Shown here: one piece after another, positions 13,313 to 25,611 of the stretch
Numbering within the stretch: the stretch's first letter is position 1
Layout of the letters: the number at the start of each line of letters is the position of its first letter
NCBI RefSeq assembly: GCF_001194135.2
Contig: NC_068998.1
Location: forward strand, 21,045,450 to 21,107,443
Reading direction: 5' to 3'
Length of the DNA stretch: 61,994 bases
Source of the DNA: Octopus bimaculoides
Taxonomy: Eukaryota
Notes under the pieces: model-generated
The model's database searches: none
The model's input: only the letters and a program-made list of their open reading frames with translations
What the model was told of the DNA's origin: nothing
Position numbers and translations under genes: made by a program

Positions 13313-13538
13313 ATAGTTCTATATTTAAGAGATGAGGAATTATGTACATTATTTACATTATTTACAATTGACGGATATTTGTCCTCATCTTGTTTGTTGT
13401 TAACACAACGTTTCGGCTGATATACCCTCCAGCCTTCATCAGGTGTCTTGGGGAAATTTCGAACCTGGGTTCTCATTCTTAAGGTATTTTTTGATGTAGG
13501 ACAAATATCCGTCAATTGTAAATAATGTAAATAATGTA
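13313..13538 (-). mobile_element. Short hammerhead-carrying retroelement fragment with a 41-bp inverted duplication at its 5' junction
   Basis: 13345-13385 and 13498-13538 are perfect reverse complements and flank the ribozyme motif. Confidence 0.7.
13402..13447 (-). ncRNA. Minimal type I hammerhead ribozyme motif
   Basis: GACAC-CUGAUGA-A-GGCUGG(loop)UCAGCC-GAA-ACGU-U-GUGUU. Stem I 5 bp, stem II 6 bp, palindromic stem III ACGU, predicted cleavage after GUU. Confidence 0.85.
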
Positions 13539-14335
13539 GTGTAATTTATGTTATTAACTCTTTCTGACTTTTCTCATTGCTGGTTCAAAATCTGTGATAA
13601 TAGAATCGACATTTGAAAATTGCGCTGTTCAACAAAATTATGTGAATAGTTCATTAGCATTAAATTAGCAGTTCAACAAAATTATATAAAAGCTTTTTAA
13701 TCTCATATAATGGGCCACCGCTAGTAATATAAGTCTATCATACAATCTAAAAGCACATTTTCTTTTTTACTATAAACATACACGTGACACATGTATAGAA
13801 ACATAACCAGTTTTTATGTTTCAATACAAACTTTTAGAAATAAAATCTGACAATTTGACGTTTTGGAAATAAATTTTTTTCTGTTCAATATAATTCGAAA
13901 AATTGTTAGCTCGATCAACTGTTACTTCGAACAATTGTCTTTTCGGCTTCCTGTTTTTGATAAAAGTTTAGTTTGTTTTTCTAATTCCATTCTTACAATA
14001 TTGGCTCTCTAACTTTATATAACTTGTCTCTCATTTTCTTCCGGTTGGACAGTTTTTGGTAATTTGATACCGTACCCCTTTATAGTTTAAGTTCAAAACT
14101 TTTCCATGTTTCCATGGCTTTTCATTTTTTTGGTTAATAGACTTGTATTAACTGTTGGAATAAGTACTTCGATCGATATAATCGATTTTATTCCATAAGA
14201 TAGTACCCTAGAATGTCCACAGCCTAACGATTGAAACCAGAAAAGAATTAACAGAAAAGTAAATCTATTGGCTATTGGGTTAACTTAATCAACTTAATAT
14301 ATTTCTGTCTCTTCCTCTCCATCTCATTCTCTATG

Positions 14336-14405
<70 letters not shown>

Positions 14406-15099
14406 TCACATACATACACAAATACACGCTTGCTCTGCTTCTTTTACTCTCTTTGATTTACGCACAAATAATAATTAGCAAGCATTTGGCCCTGTTCAAA
14501 GAGATCATTAGTCTTTTCGTCTTTATTTGCATTTTTCTCTGTCACCCAAGTATTACACGCACGCACTTACACGCGCACACAGACACAGATACAGACACAC
14601 ACATAGGTACATACACACATGCATATACACAAATACACACACACACACACTGACATACATACACATACACATACACATTCTCTTCGTTTAAAACTCGTTG
14701 GTAAAGAGAACAAACATTTTAGAACTCATCGAAAAGAAAAGCCATCAGATTCATTGAGAAGGATTTACTCGGAAGCATACTACACATTCTGGTACACTCA
14801 CTTGTTTTTCTATCTTTTCAACTTGTACAGGAACAATTTCTGCTCATCTGAACTACCCAGTTGAAGACCATTTCCATAAGATATGTCCGCGACATACACA
14901 GGATTCTTTCACTGTCTATTATTATGTTTAAATGTCAAACAGACATACAGTTGACATATCAATAAAATCTACTCTTAAACCTTCTACCGGTTGTATCTCT
15001 CTTTTCCTTCTGGCACTTATACTCATTTATCCCCTTTTCATATTTCTTATTTGTATCGACCGTGCGATGTGCTAAAGGAGCCATTCCTCGTCACCTCTC

Positions 15100-15255
15100 C
15101 TGATCGCACGGTGTTGGATCCTTTACGTCCACGAGACTGATAGAATAAATACCAGGTTTAAAGAAAGTACTGGGGTTGATTCGTTCGTCAAAAGATTCTT
15201 CAATGCGGCGCCCCAGCATGACCACAGTCTAATGACTGAAACAAGTAAAAGGTAA
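15100..15255 (+). mobile_element. SINE family A 3' tail
   Basis: gatagaataa...ggggttgattcgttcg...gccccagcatgaccacagtctaatgactgaaacaagtaaaagg. Confidence 0.8.
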
Positions 15256-15274
15256 AACGTAATATATATATATA

Positions 15275-15600
15275 TTGGACTGGTACCAAACTTTGACATC
15301 AAGTACTACACGAATGCCCGCACGGGTCGCCACTGCATGGTACCAAGGGTACCGTCCACTGCATCTCACATAAGAACAAGGTACTGCAACAGCCTCGGTT
15401 TCAGAGGACCTCAGCTCTTTAATGCCCTGCCAAAACAGTTGAGAGACCTGCAAGGCATGGATATAGAGGTCTTCAAAACAAAACTCGACACTTTCCTCTC
15501 CACGATACCAGACGAACCAATGGCTCGAAATGAGACACAGTTTAGGGCAGCGATGTCAAATTCTCTTATACGCCAGATGTGCCATCAAAACTCTTGATTG
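15275..15600 (+). mobile_element. CR1-clade LINE ORF2 C-terminal fragment
   Basis: RYCNSLGFRGPQLFNALPKQLRDL...FKTKLDTFLSTIPDEP...SNSL; homologous to 23660-23960. Confidence 0.85.
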
Positions 15601-16159
15601 GACTATATCAGGTGGAGGAGAAGAGCCATGCAAGGAACGTGAAGAGAGCACAGCATAAANNNNNNNNNNNNNNNNNNNNNNNNNNNNNNNNNNNNNNNNN
15701 NNNNNNNNNNNNNNNNNNNNNNNNNNNNNNNNNNNNNNNNNNNNNNNNNNNNNNNNNNNNNNNNNNNNNNNNNNNNNNNNNNNNNNNNNNNNNNNNNNNN
15801 NNNNNNNNNNNNNNNNNNNNNNNNNNNNNNNNNNNNNNNNNNNNNATATAATAATAAAAATAAGCGACAAGGATATCCAGAGGTATGCAGTACGATCGAT
15901 TGATGCAACTCCATTTAACTGAACAATGCAATCATTACATCAATTTAAAATGCAGACCAATCCTCAGCTGCACAAAGACATAGAATTTAATTAATTAGAA
16001 CAGATGGACACATTAGTATAATTGTACCTAAAATCTCCAAGAAGTTGAGGAGATAGACAAAGAACATGTTTTCTCCACTTCAGCATAGAAGTTACTAAAT
16101 TATCAAAAAGACACTGCCTGACACTGATTTTTTGTTTTTAAGGGGTCAGTTTTAATTTA

Positions 16160-16202
16160 TAGACTAGCTTATCAAATCCTTAGAATTTGATAAGCTAGTC
16201 TA
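16160..16202. repeat. Perfect 18-bp inverted repeat with 7-nt spacer
   Basis: tagactagcttatcaaat-ccttaga-atttgataagctagtcta. Confidence 0.9.
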
Positions 16203-16304
16203 GAAACCGGGAAACATACGCCATAGAAACCGGAAAGCCGGGCCCATGAGTCTGGCTAGGTTTTAAAAGGGCGCATAAATAAAAATAATATATATATGTA
16301 ATAA

Positions 16305-16467
16305 GCGCAGGAGTGGCTGTGTGGTAAGTAGCTTGCTTATCAACCACATGATCCCAGGTTAAGTCCCACTACGTAGCACCTTGGGCAAGTGTCTTCTACT
16401 ATAACCTCGGGCCGACCAAAGCCTTGTGAGTAGATTTGGTAGATAGAAACTGAAAGAAGTCCGTCGT
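16305..16467 (+). mobile_element. SINE family A head
   Basis: gcgcaggagtggctgtgtggtaag...gaaactgaaagaagtccgtcgta, then (TA)n and a gap. Confidence 0.88.
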
Positions 16468-16943
16468 ATATATATATATATATATATNNNNNNNNNNNNN
16501 NNNNNNNNNNNNNNNNNNNNNNNNNNNNNNNNNNNNNNNNNNNNNNNNNNNNNNNNNNNNNNNNNNNNNNNNNNNNNNNNNNNNNNNNNNNNNNNNNNNN
16601 NNNNNNNNNNNNNNNNNNNNNNNNNNNNNNNNNNNNNNNNNNNNNNNNNNNNNNNNNNNNNNNNNNNNNNNNNNNNNNNNNNNNNNNNNNNNNNNNNNNN
16701 NNNNNNNNNNNNNNNNNNNNNNNNNNNNNNNNNNNNNNNNNNNNNNNNNNNNNNNNNNNNNNNNNNNNNNNNNNNNNNNNNNNNNNNNNNNNNNNNNNNN
16801 NNNNNNNNNNNNNNNNNNNNNNNNNNNNNNNNNNNNNNNNNNNNNNNNNNNNNNNNNNNNNNNNNNNNNNNNNNNNNNNNNNNNNNNNNNNNNNNNNNNN
16901 NNNNNNNNNNNNNNNNNNNNNNNNNNNNNNNNNNNNNNNNNNN

Positions 16944-16979
<36 letters not shown>

Positions 16980-17273
16980 AAACAAAACTCACCTAGAACT
17001 CACCTAGAACTTGTATATGTATATATATGATCGGCTTTTCATATTTCATTCTGTTTCTCACGTTTCTGAAGCCAGATGTATCTATAAGGTATAAGCACAC
17101 ACACACACTCACGGACACTTACACACACACATAGACACACACAGAGACACACACATACACACTCACACACACTTACACACACACACACACACGCACGAAC
17201 GCGCACACATACGCACACACACTTCTCAGTCAATCATCTGATGGCACGAAATTCTTAACTGTTGAAACACTTA

Positions 17274-17322
17274 CGTAGGAAGGAGAGTCAAAAGTTGCAT
17301 TACGTTTTGACTCACCCTCGTA
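17274..17322. mobile_element. Ultra-short mariner remnant (two TIR stubs)
   Basis: gaaggagagtcaaaa (identical to 18347-18361) and ttttgactcaccctcgta, separated by 11 bp. Confidence 0.6.
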
Positions 17323-18345
17323 CTTTTTCCGCTAAATAATAAAACGTGTTATCAGATATATGTGTGTATCTACATCAGCTTCTTTGTCTCCTCCTCTTCT
17401 CGCCATCTCTTTCTCTCTCTTTTTCTCTCTGTCTGTCTGTCTGTCTGTCTCTCTCACACACAAACACACGGAAGCCTTTCATACATGTCCACATAACTAT
17501 CTACATACCTACATACATGTGTATGCATATTCATAAATATATCTATATGTATATGTTTGCATTTATATCTACACACACACATGCACACACACGTATGTAC
17601 ATGTTTACATATATATATTTATATATATATATATATATATGTACACACATAGACATACACACACGCACACATATATATATACACACACACATATATATAT
17701 ATGTATATATACATATATACACGCACGCACACATGCTCACACAGTCAGACAGACAGATACACACAGATACACACACATATATGCACCTATATATCTACAT
17801 ATGAGCTCTTTCTCTCACGTCTCTCGCACATATGCACACATATACGACGGACTCCCGCATATACGTTATCTATTGAAATTTTCTTCACGAAGTATTATGA
17901 ACAGTAGGCTATCGCAGACATTAGTCCAACGTACTGTAGCGTGCATTATATCAAACCGAGAACCATCTAGCTGTGAAGCGAACATCGTAAGCGCACATAT
18001 GTAATAGAGTAAGCTGCAAAAATTCGATTAACTGAAATTATTCACGCAGTGGTGTTCGAAATCTAATAACAACAAGCAAGGAAGATAAATTGATCAATAA
18101 AATCGATTGAAAGCTTGGGAAATGTATAAAAAAAGCCTAATGGAGAAAGAACGGGTGAGATTTGGTCTTATTAACCCTCTTCAACGAAGCATATTTTAGT
18201 TAGTTGGCAAGAATTAAAGGTGAGAACTATCTCTCTGTCTATCTATCTGTTTGTCTGTCTGTTGATGTATATATATATATATATATATATACACATACAT
18301 ACAAACATATATACATACAAACAAACATACATTCATATATATATA

Positions 18346-19061
18346 CGAAGGAGAGTCAAAAATTATACGCACTCTTGTTTTTTAAATGCATTTACACAAA
18401 AGCAGGGCTTAAACTAATACGCCATTTTTTTATATAGTCTCCTTCCTTTTCGATGGACTTGGTCCAGTGGTGTACAAGCTTTCGTATTGTTTCCAAGAAG
18501 AAGGTTTTCGGTTGGTCGTGCAACCCTTTATGCACCGCTTCCTTCACATTTTCATACGTAGGAAATCCACGACTTCATAAACCATCTTTGAGCGGTACAA
18601 AGATATGATAGTCGGAAGGGCCGAGATTTGAGCCGTAGGCAGGATGTTCTACCACCTCAAAACCCGATTGGTTAATGGTTTCAACAGTTCAGGCGGCCGT
18701 GTGTGGGCGTGCGTTGTCATGCAAGAACAAAACTTCTTTTGCCAATAGGCTTCTGCGTTTGGTGCGAATTGCTGACTTGAGTTTGATGGCCAGCAAAGCA
18801 CTGTATCTTGCACTGCTGATCGTACACCACTTTTCCAGAGAAATCGGATCACTACTCTTTATTTTTTTTTTTGGTGCACATTGGTAGTGGAGTGGGCATG
18901 CTTACACTGTAAAGCCAGAAGGAAAAATGGTGTGAACAGGCTCAAACATCGATCACATGACCACTATAGTACTAACTATAAGCACGCATGCATAGAAGGG
19001 ATTGTGATAATAATAAAGGCACGTTATGGCGAAAGTATGGATAATTTTCGACTTGCCCTCG
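18346..19061 (-). mobile_element. Internally deleted mariner element with both TIRs and TA flanks
   Basis: TIRs cgaaggagagtcaaaaattatacgcact / agtatggataattttcgacttgccctcg with TA on both sides. Minus-strand RVVIRFLWKSGV is fused directly to ...LHDNARPHT...HPAYGSNLGPSDYHIF...IEKEGDY. Confidence 0.9.
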
Positions 19062-19065
19062 TATG

Positions 19066-19131
<66 letters not shown>

Positions 19132-19198
19132 GTAGAAGAAGGAAAATACACACAGTTTACATGGTTTTAATATATTTTGAATGAAAGAGTATTGTGGT

Positions 19199-19231
19199 TG
19201 TCAACCGGTTTCGCCTTCGCTAATCATGACA
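19199..19231 (-). ncRNA. Decayed minimal hammerhead motif (core mutated)
   Basis: UGUC-augauua-GC(GAAG)GC-GAA-ACCGGU-U-GACA. Stems are intact, but the core differs from CUGAUGA at two positions. Confidence 0.5.
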
Positions 19232-19549
19232 TTGAAATTAAAATGATTTCGTATTTTCTTAAGAAGATTTTAGTCCATGTTCTTGTATGAAAGTTTTTGA
19301 ATGAATCAACAAGTGGAAACAATAAGGGGAAGTAATTGGTGATAGCTATTACTCCGGATAGGGATGTAATTGCTCATTTATGGGGTGGGATAATTAAACA
19401 TGCAAAACCTCATGATCTAAAGTGGCGAGATGAAATATGTACAATGATGGATAAGTGATCATGAATTAAAATATATACAGAGACTAAAGTTGATTATGCG
19501 TTCATATTTAGGCGTGTTCTTTATTTTTCGATGAATAATTTTTCTTTAT

Positions 19550-20480
19550 TTAACCGTTCTTGTACAGGAATTGTTTCTTTGTACTGGTAGATGGGGAAAC
19601 TGTGAAATTTGGTTGGTGATTCCCTGCACATCTCTCTATGTGTTCACTCAAAGGTATCTGTCGATAGCTTGGGAAACGGATCTGTTTCTTATGTAGTGTT
19701 TCTCCGTCTAAGTGACTTATTTGTCTGTCCAATATAGTTATGTCCACAACCTGAAAAAGTTATAACATAAACTAAATTCTCGGATGCACAAGTGAAGAAC
19801 CTCTCTCCTTGTCTGAATTGGAATTCCGAAACTTCCAATAGGTTGGGGCATGTTCCACAGTTTGGATGTCTACATTTTTTAACCATTGGGTTTCGTGGTT
19901 GTGTATAGCTTTGCATTTGTCAGTAGTCTTTTCAGCGTTTTCGGTTGCTTTTTAGATTTGATGAATTTACGTGTTGTTCATTTTTGGATCCCTAGTGAGA
20001 ATTGATAGATTTTGTACAACGGTTTTGTATGCCTCATTGTTTCTAGGGTTGTGAGTTTATATATACGGTAGTATTTTGAGATGAGGTGTGGTGCTTCGTT
20101 TTGTTTCTCTTAGTGCTTTAATGCCTATTTTCTTTGCACATTTAATTCTATCATCTATAAGTGAGGCTAGGTAGTGTCTCTCAGTTAGTATTGTACTGAG
20201 ATCTTGAAGATGGAGGTCCCGAGTATTTCCATCAGACACTGTTGTGCAAATCCTTTTCGCTAAATTAAAAGGAATATTTGAGCTAAACAGAAGATATTGC
20301 TTCGAGTCCGTTGGTTTATGATAAATGTCGGTGACAATTTGATTGTTGAATTTTTTTAATCAGAATATCTAAGAAAGGAAGCTGTTCTTTGCTATATTCC
20401 ATAATAAACTGAATATTAGGGTTTATACTATTTAATATTGATTTAAATTCCAAAAGTTTGTCAATGATCTTTTTTCTTTT
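19550..20480 (-). mobile_element. Penelope-like element remnant (RT thumb, Cys-rich linker, GIY-YIG); Neptune-like
   Basis: LNSINPNIQFIMEYSKEQLPFLDILI; YKPTDSKQYL; KKCRHPNCGTCP; SENLVYVITFSGCGHNYIGQT. Many frameshifts. Confidence 0.88.
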
Positions 20481-21243
20481 ATTATATATATATATATTTT
20501 GTATTACAACACACCACATGGNNNNNNNNNNNNNNNNNNNNNNNNNNNNNNNNNNNNNNNNNNNNNNNNNNNNNNNNNNNNNNNNNNNNNNNNNNNNNNN
20601 NNNNNNNNNNNNNNNNNNNNNNNNNNNNNNNNNNNNNNNNNNNNNNNNNNNNNNNNNNNNNNNNNNNNNNNNNNNNNNNNNNNNNNNNNNNNNNNNNNNN
20701 NNNNNNNNNNNNNNNNNNNNNNNNNNNNNNNNNNNNNNNNNNNNNNNNNNNNNNNNNNNNNNNNNNNNNNNNNNNNNNNNNNNNNNNNNNNNNNNNNNNN
20801 NNNNNNNNNNNNNNNNNNNNNNNNNNNNNNNNNNNNNNNNNNNNNNNNNNNNNNNNNNNNNNNNNNNNNNNNNNNNNNNNNNNNNNNNNNNNNNNNNNNN
20901 NNNNNNNNNNNNNNNNNNNNNNNNNNNNNNNNNNNNNNNNNNNNNNNNNNNNNNNNNNNNNNNNNNNNNNNNNNNNNNNNNNNNNNNNNNNNNNNNNNNN
21001 NNNNNNNNNNNNNNNNNNNNNNNNNNNNNNNNNNNNNNNNNNNNNNNNNNNNNNNNNNNNNNNNNNNNNNNNNNNNNNNNNNNNNNNNNNNNNNNNNNNN
21101 NNNNNNNNNNNNNNNNNNNNNNNNNNNNNNNNNNNNNNNNNNNNNNNNNNNNNNNNNNNNNNNNNNNNNNNNNNNNNNNNNNNNNNNNNNNNNNNNNNNN
21201 NNNNNNNNNNNNNNNNNNNNNNNNNNNNNNNNNNNNNNNNNNN

Positions 21244-21330
<87 letters not shown>

Positions 21331-21384
21331 TATGATAATGCAAAGAGGAAAAATAGAACTCAAAATGTGAGTATATGTATATTT

Positions 21385-24047
21385 TTATTAATATTTAGCA
21401 AAAGTAACAGAGTGGCTCAAGGTCCAATGAGATTCAAAGAGCGTAGCCCAGCAGAATCTCTACTTGACTTCACAAAAGTGCTGTTCATCGAGCAAACAAT
21501 ACTCTCCCCAACCAGGAATGATAACATATTAAACCCGTTTTACCAGCAGCGTAGGCCTTATTCACAACGTGAAGATAATACCAACAATCTTCTCAGACCG
21601 CAACATGGTAGAACTGGAAAGGCGGCGAGCTGGCAGAAACGTTAGCATGCCGTGCGAAATGCTTAGCGGTATTTCGTCTGCCGATACGTACTGCGTTCAA
21701 ATTCCGCCGAGGTCGACTTTGCCTTTCATCCTTTCGAGGTCGATTAAATAAGTACCAGTTATGCACTGGGGTCGATATAATCGACTTAATCCGTTTGTCT
21801 GTCCTTGTTTGTCCCCTTGTTGGCAGTAAAGAAATAAGACCTGATAATGCATGATTCAAAATCAATTAATGATGTATTACACACAGACGAAACTCAAAAT
21901 CTGCCTAGTCTGAACTTCTACAAGGCTGACTAGAAGTTAATTGGAAAGCAGATTATCCAGCAAAATTGGCCTTAAAGGCTCTCTATGCAAGACATTAACA
22001 ATAAACTTAAAGAATTTATATCAATAATGCGAGCGATATGCATTAAATTTGTCTCAGAGAAGAGAGCAGCTACATACAAAAGGAGAGTCCTTATGAAACA
22101 GAGAATAAAGATCTCCAATCGCTTAAATAAACAATACACTGACAACGAAGAATCCCTCCTACAAGAGAGACTTTCAGAAATCGATAATAAACTTACTCTC
22201 TCAAGAAAAAAAAGGTAGAAAGAGAAACCAGGGCAGTGAAAAATATGAAAATAAATCCCAAAGCCTTCTACATGTTCGCACAAGAATCTGCCTCAGTGCA
22301 CTACAAGGTAAGGCTATTGTTTGAAGTAAACGGCTCGCTAACTGCAGACCCCAAGAGGACAGGTGAAGTACCAAATAAGCAATTCCAGTGTCTTCACTTC
22401 TCCACTGGGAAACTGGAAAGTGACCGAGCGTAAAGAAATCTTCAACACTGCAGGCCTACATGGGAGAAAGGTAACCATCGATTGCATCGACATAAAAGAG
22501 GATAATATCATATTGGCCATTGATGAGATGAACTCAAACTCCTTGCATGTGAAAAACTTCTCAAATTGCTAAAAGAGAGTATCATATGCCCTGTCCATGA
22601 AGGAGGAAACAGAACAGATGCTAAAAATTACAGGCCTATCTATCTGACTTCACATCTTGGCAAGGTCATGGAACTCATTGTCAGAGGGAGACTGATCACG
22701 TTCCTGGAAGAGAATAACTCGCTCCCAAATACACAACATTTTTTCCACCCAGAGAGGAGCTGCCTCATACAGCCACTACAACATTATGATTGGGTACTGA
22801 AACAGCAGCTCAAGCACTCAAATATGGATATGCCTCGACTTTGCCAAAGCCTTTGACAAAGTTGATCATGGGATAATATGTTACAAACTACGCAACCTTG
22901 GTATCACTGGAAATCTGAGAGAGTGGCTGCACGACTTTTTAAAGGACAGAAGTCAGGCAGTTTCAGCCAATGCTGCTCGCTCTGAAGAGACATCAATCTG
23001 CAGCGGAGTTCCTCAGGGAACTGTTCTGGGACCACTACTGTTTGTAGTGGCTCTCTCAGACATGCTCACAGTCGTACAGTCAACCATTCACATTATCTAC
23101 GCTGAGGATACAAAAATATTTCAGGCGGTCAAGGACTTGATGACATAATAAAACTGTAAAATGACCTGCATGCAAGAGATAAATGGGCTGATGAAAATAA
23201 AATGCAGCTCAATGCTATCGGCCCATACACAGACTACAATCGGAATACATAAGATCAAGGGACAGTGCAATCCTAGAGTTAGAATCGGTGCATGACCTGG
23301 CAAGCCACATGAATAGTGTTGCAACATTCCATGTGCAAATTGTCAGGATGGCAACACTATGAAGGCGAGTTGCTGGATGGATGCTTAGATCATCCAGAAC
23401 CAGAAATAAGGATACCTTGCTACTCCTATGGAGGACATTTGTCCTTAGTCGTCTGGATTACTGTTCCCAACTGTGGTCGCTATAGAACATCAAATTGGTG
23501 ACAAAGCTTGAGGCAATCCAGTGCCACTACACAAAGAAGATTGACTAGGTGAAACAGATGAGCTACTGCGAGAGGCTAGAAGAACCGAAGCGTTACTCTC
23601 TGGAGAAGCAGAGAAAGATATGCAGTAATATACATATGGAAGATCCTGGAAGGTCTAGCTCCCAGCTTTGGAATTAAAAGCTATACTAATCACCGAACTG
23701 GACGGCACTGCATAATACCAAAGATAGCGGCTTCTTCATCTCAGATAAGGGCCCAGTATTGCAACAGCTTGGGTTTCAGGAGACCACACCTGTTTAACAT
23801 CCTACCAAGGAACCTAAGAGATCTGCAAGGTGTAGATGTGGAAACGTTAAAAAAGAACACCTGAACAAATTTCTGTTTGAAATCCCAGATGAGCCCACAT
23901 CGCAGCAGGAGACACAAACAAGAGCAGCTTCATCCAACTCGCTTCTTCACCCAAAACAGTACCGAAAGGAGACCCCCAAACACTGAAAGGTGGTGCACCA
24001 GTACGGCCCCAGCCACTGACTGAAACCAGTAAAAATAAAAGAAAAAA
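21385..24047 (+). mobile_element. CR1-clade LINE, decayed ORF2 (APE end, RT, C-terminus) and 3' end
   Basis: EQTILSPTRNDNIL / IFSDRNMV (APE); NFYKAD; NYRPIYLTSHLGKVME; LDFAKAFDKVDH; SGVPQGTVLGPLLF; YAEDTK. Interrupted by a SINE at 21620-21838. Confidence 0.92.
21620..21838 (+). mobile_element. SINE family B, near full length
   Basis: Head aggcggcgagctggcagaaacgttagc...gttcaaattcc; central gcctttcatcctttcgaggtcgattaaataagtaccag; tail gtaaagaaataaga. Confidence 0.9.
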
Positions 24048-24314
24048 GATATGTGCACAATTAAGTTAATAAACGATAGAAAGCATCATACGACATATTT
24101 TGCTAGAGTTACATATACTTGAAACAACAACTGGAGTCAGCTCCACACGACTTAAAATATTGTAGGCGTTAGGACACGTCCATTACATCGGATGCTAGGA
24201 GCATCTGATAAGATGGACGTATGCATACATGTAAATATAATATACATAAATGTAGACGTGTATATATAAATATTATACATACATGCTGGCGTACGATAAT
24301 ATACATGGAGACGT

Positions 24315-24424
<110 letters not shown>

Positions 24425-24430
24425 TAGATA

Positions 24431-24838
24431 GGCGTAAGAGTGGCTGTGTGGTAAGTAGCTTGCTTACCAACCACATGGTCCCGGGTTCAGTCCCACTGCG
24501 TGGCATCTTGGGCAAGTGTCTTCCACTATAGCCTCGGGCCGACCAAAGCCTTGTGAGTGGATTTGGTACACGGAAACTGAAAGAAGCCCGTCGTATATAT
24601 GTATATATATATATATATATGTATGTGTTTGTGTGTCTGTGTTTGTCCCCCCAACATCGCTTGACAACCGATGCTGGTGTGTTTATGTCCCCGTAACTTA
24701 GTGGTTCGGCAAAAAAGACCGATAGAATAAGTACTAGGCTTCTAAAGAATAAGTCCTGGAGTCGATTTGCTCGACTAAAAGGCGGTGCTCCAGCATGACC
24801 ACAGTCAAAAGAGTGAAACATGTAAAAGAGTAAAAGAA
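24431..24838 (+). mobile_element. SINE family A, full-length reference copy
   Basis: tRNA-like head, ccttgggcaagt-type core, internal (TA)/(TG) microsatellite at ~24594-24645, tail ending gtaaaagagtaaaaga. Confidence 0.92.
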
Positions 24839-25518
24839 TATATATACAGACCTATATATAAATATAATATACATACATGCAGAAGAAGAGAGAGAGAGAG
24901 AAAGACAGAGAGGGTGTGAGAAAGAAAAAGAGAGAGAGAGAATGAGAGATAAAGAGAGGGAGGGATAGAGAGATGAGAGAGAAAGAAAGGACGTGCAATA
25001 AAGCTGATTATCTTCATGGAGAAAGTGATTGAGAGAAAACGCAGTGAGAAGAAACATTGCTAATAAGTGTGATTATTTATACAACTTACAAACAAAATCT
25101 TTGTTCAGAAGTGTTTGAGATTTAAAAAGAAAAGGAGAGATAATCCTAATAAAATGAATAAATTGAAATGATGGATAATTTGGAAAACTGCAGTATAAAA
25201 GCGGATGCACTTTTGTGAGACAAACGAGAAAAACGATCGACGTACTTCGGACTTATACGTTACGTCATTATCGATAATCACAATGATTCGAATATTTATA
25301 ATCCAAACCAGTTACATATACGAGTACATAGAAGATAACTCCTGTGTATTTTTCCTTTGGATTTACTGTTGATATCCAGAATCAAGGTTACCGCATTCTC
25401 CTCTCCCTTTCCCTTCCACCTCTATATACATACATAAATGTACGGACATAGATATACATACACATATGCATGCACACATACATACATACATACATACATA
25501 CACACATACATACATACG

Positions 25519-25569
<51 letters not shown>

Positions 25570-25611
25570 CTAGCATATAAAAAAATCTGAAAATTCAGAA
25601 AAATTGTATTA

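Larger units (their letters stand above)
13098..13965. mobile_element. Old MITE-like element defined by degenerate inverted ends
   Basis: ttttatcgaaaacag...acaattgctcgaa...tcgaagtaatagttgatc (13098-13164) versus its reverse complement at 13913-13965. Confidence 0.5.

Noticed and set aside
15884-15974. Hammerhead-like fold (7-bp stem I, CUGAG, GAUUG/CAAUC)
   Set aside because: Both core strands need indels (GAUCGUA instead of GAAACGUA). It is possibly a relic but cannot be supported.
16164-16173. TAGCTTATCA matches the 5' end of miR-21
   Set aside because: It is only a 10-nt match, the hairpin is too short for a pre-miRNA, and miR-21 is a vertebrate family.
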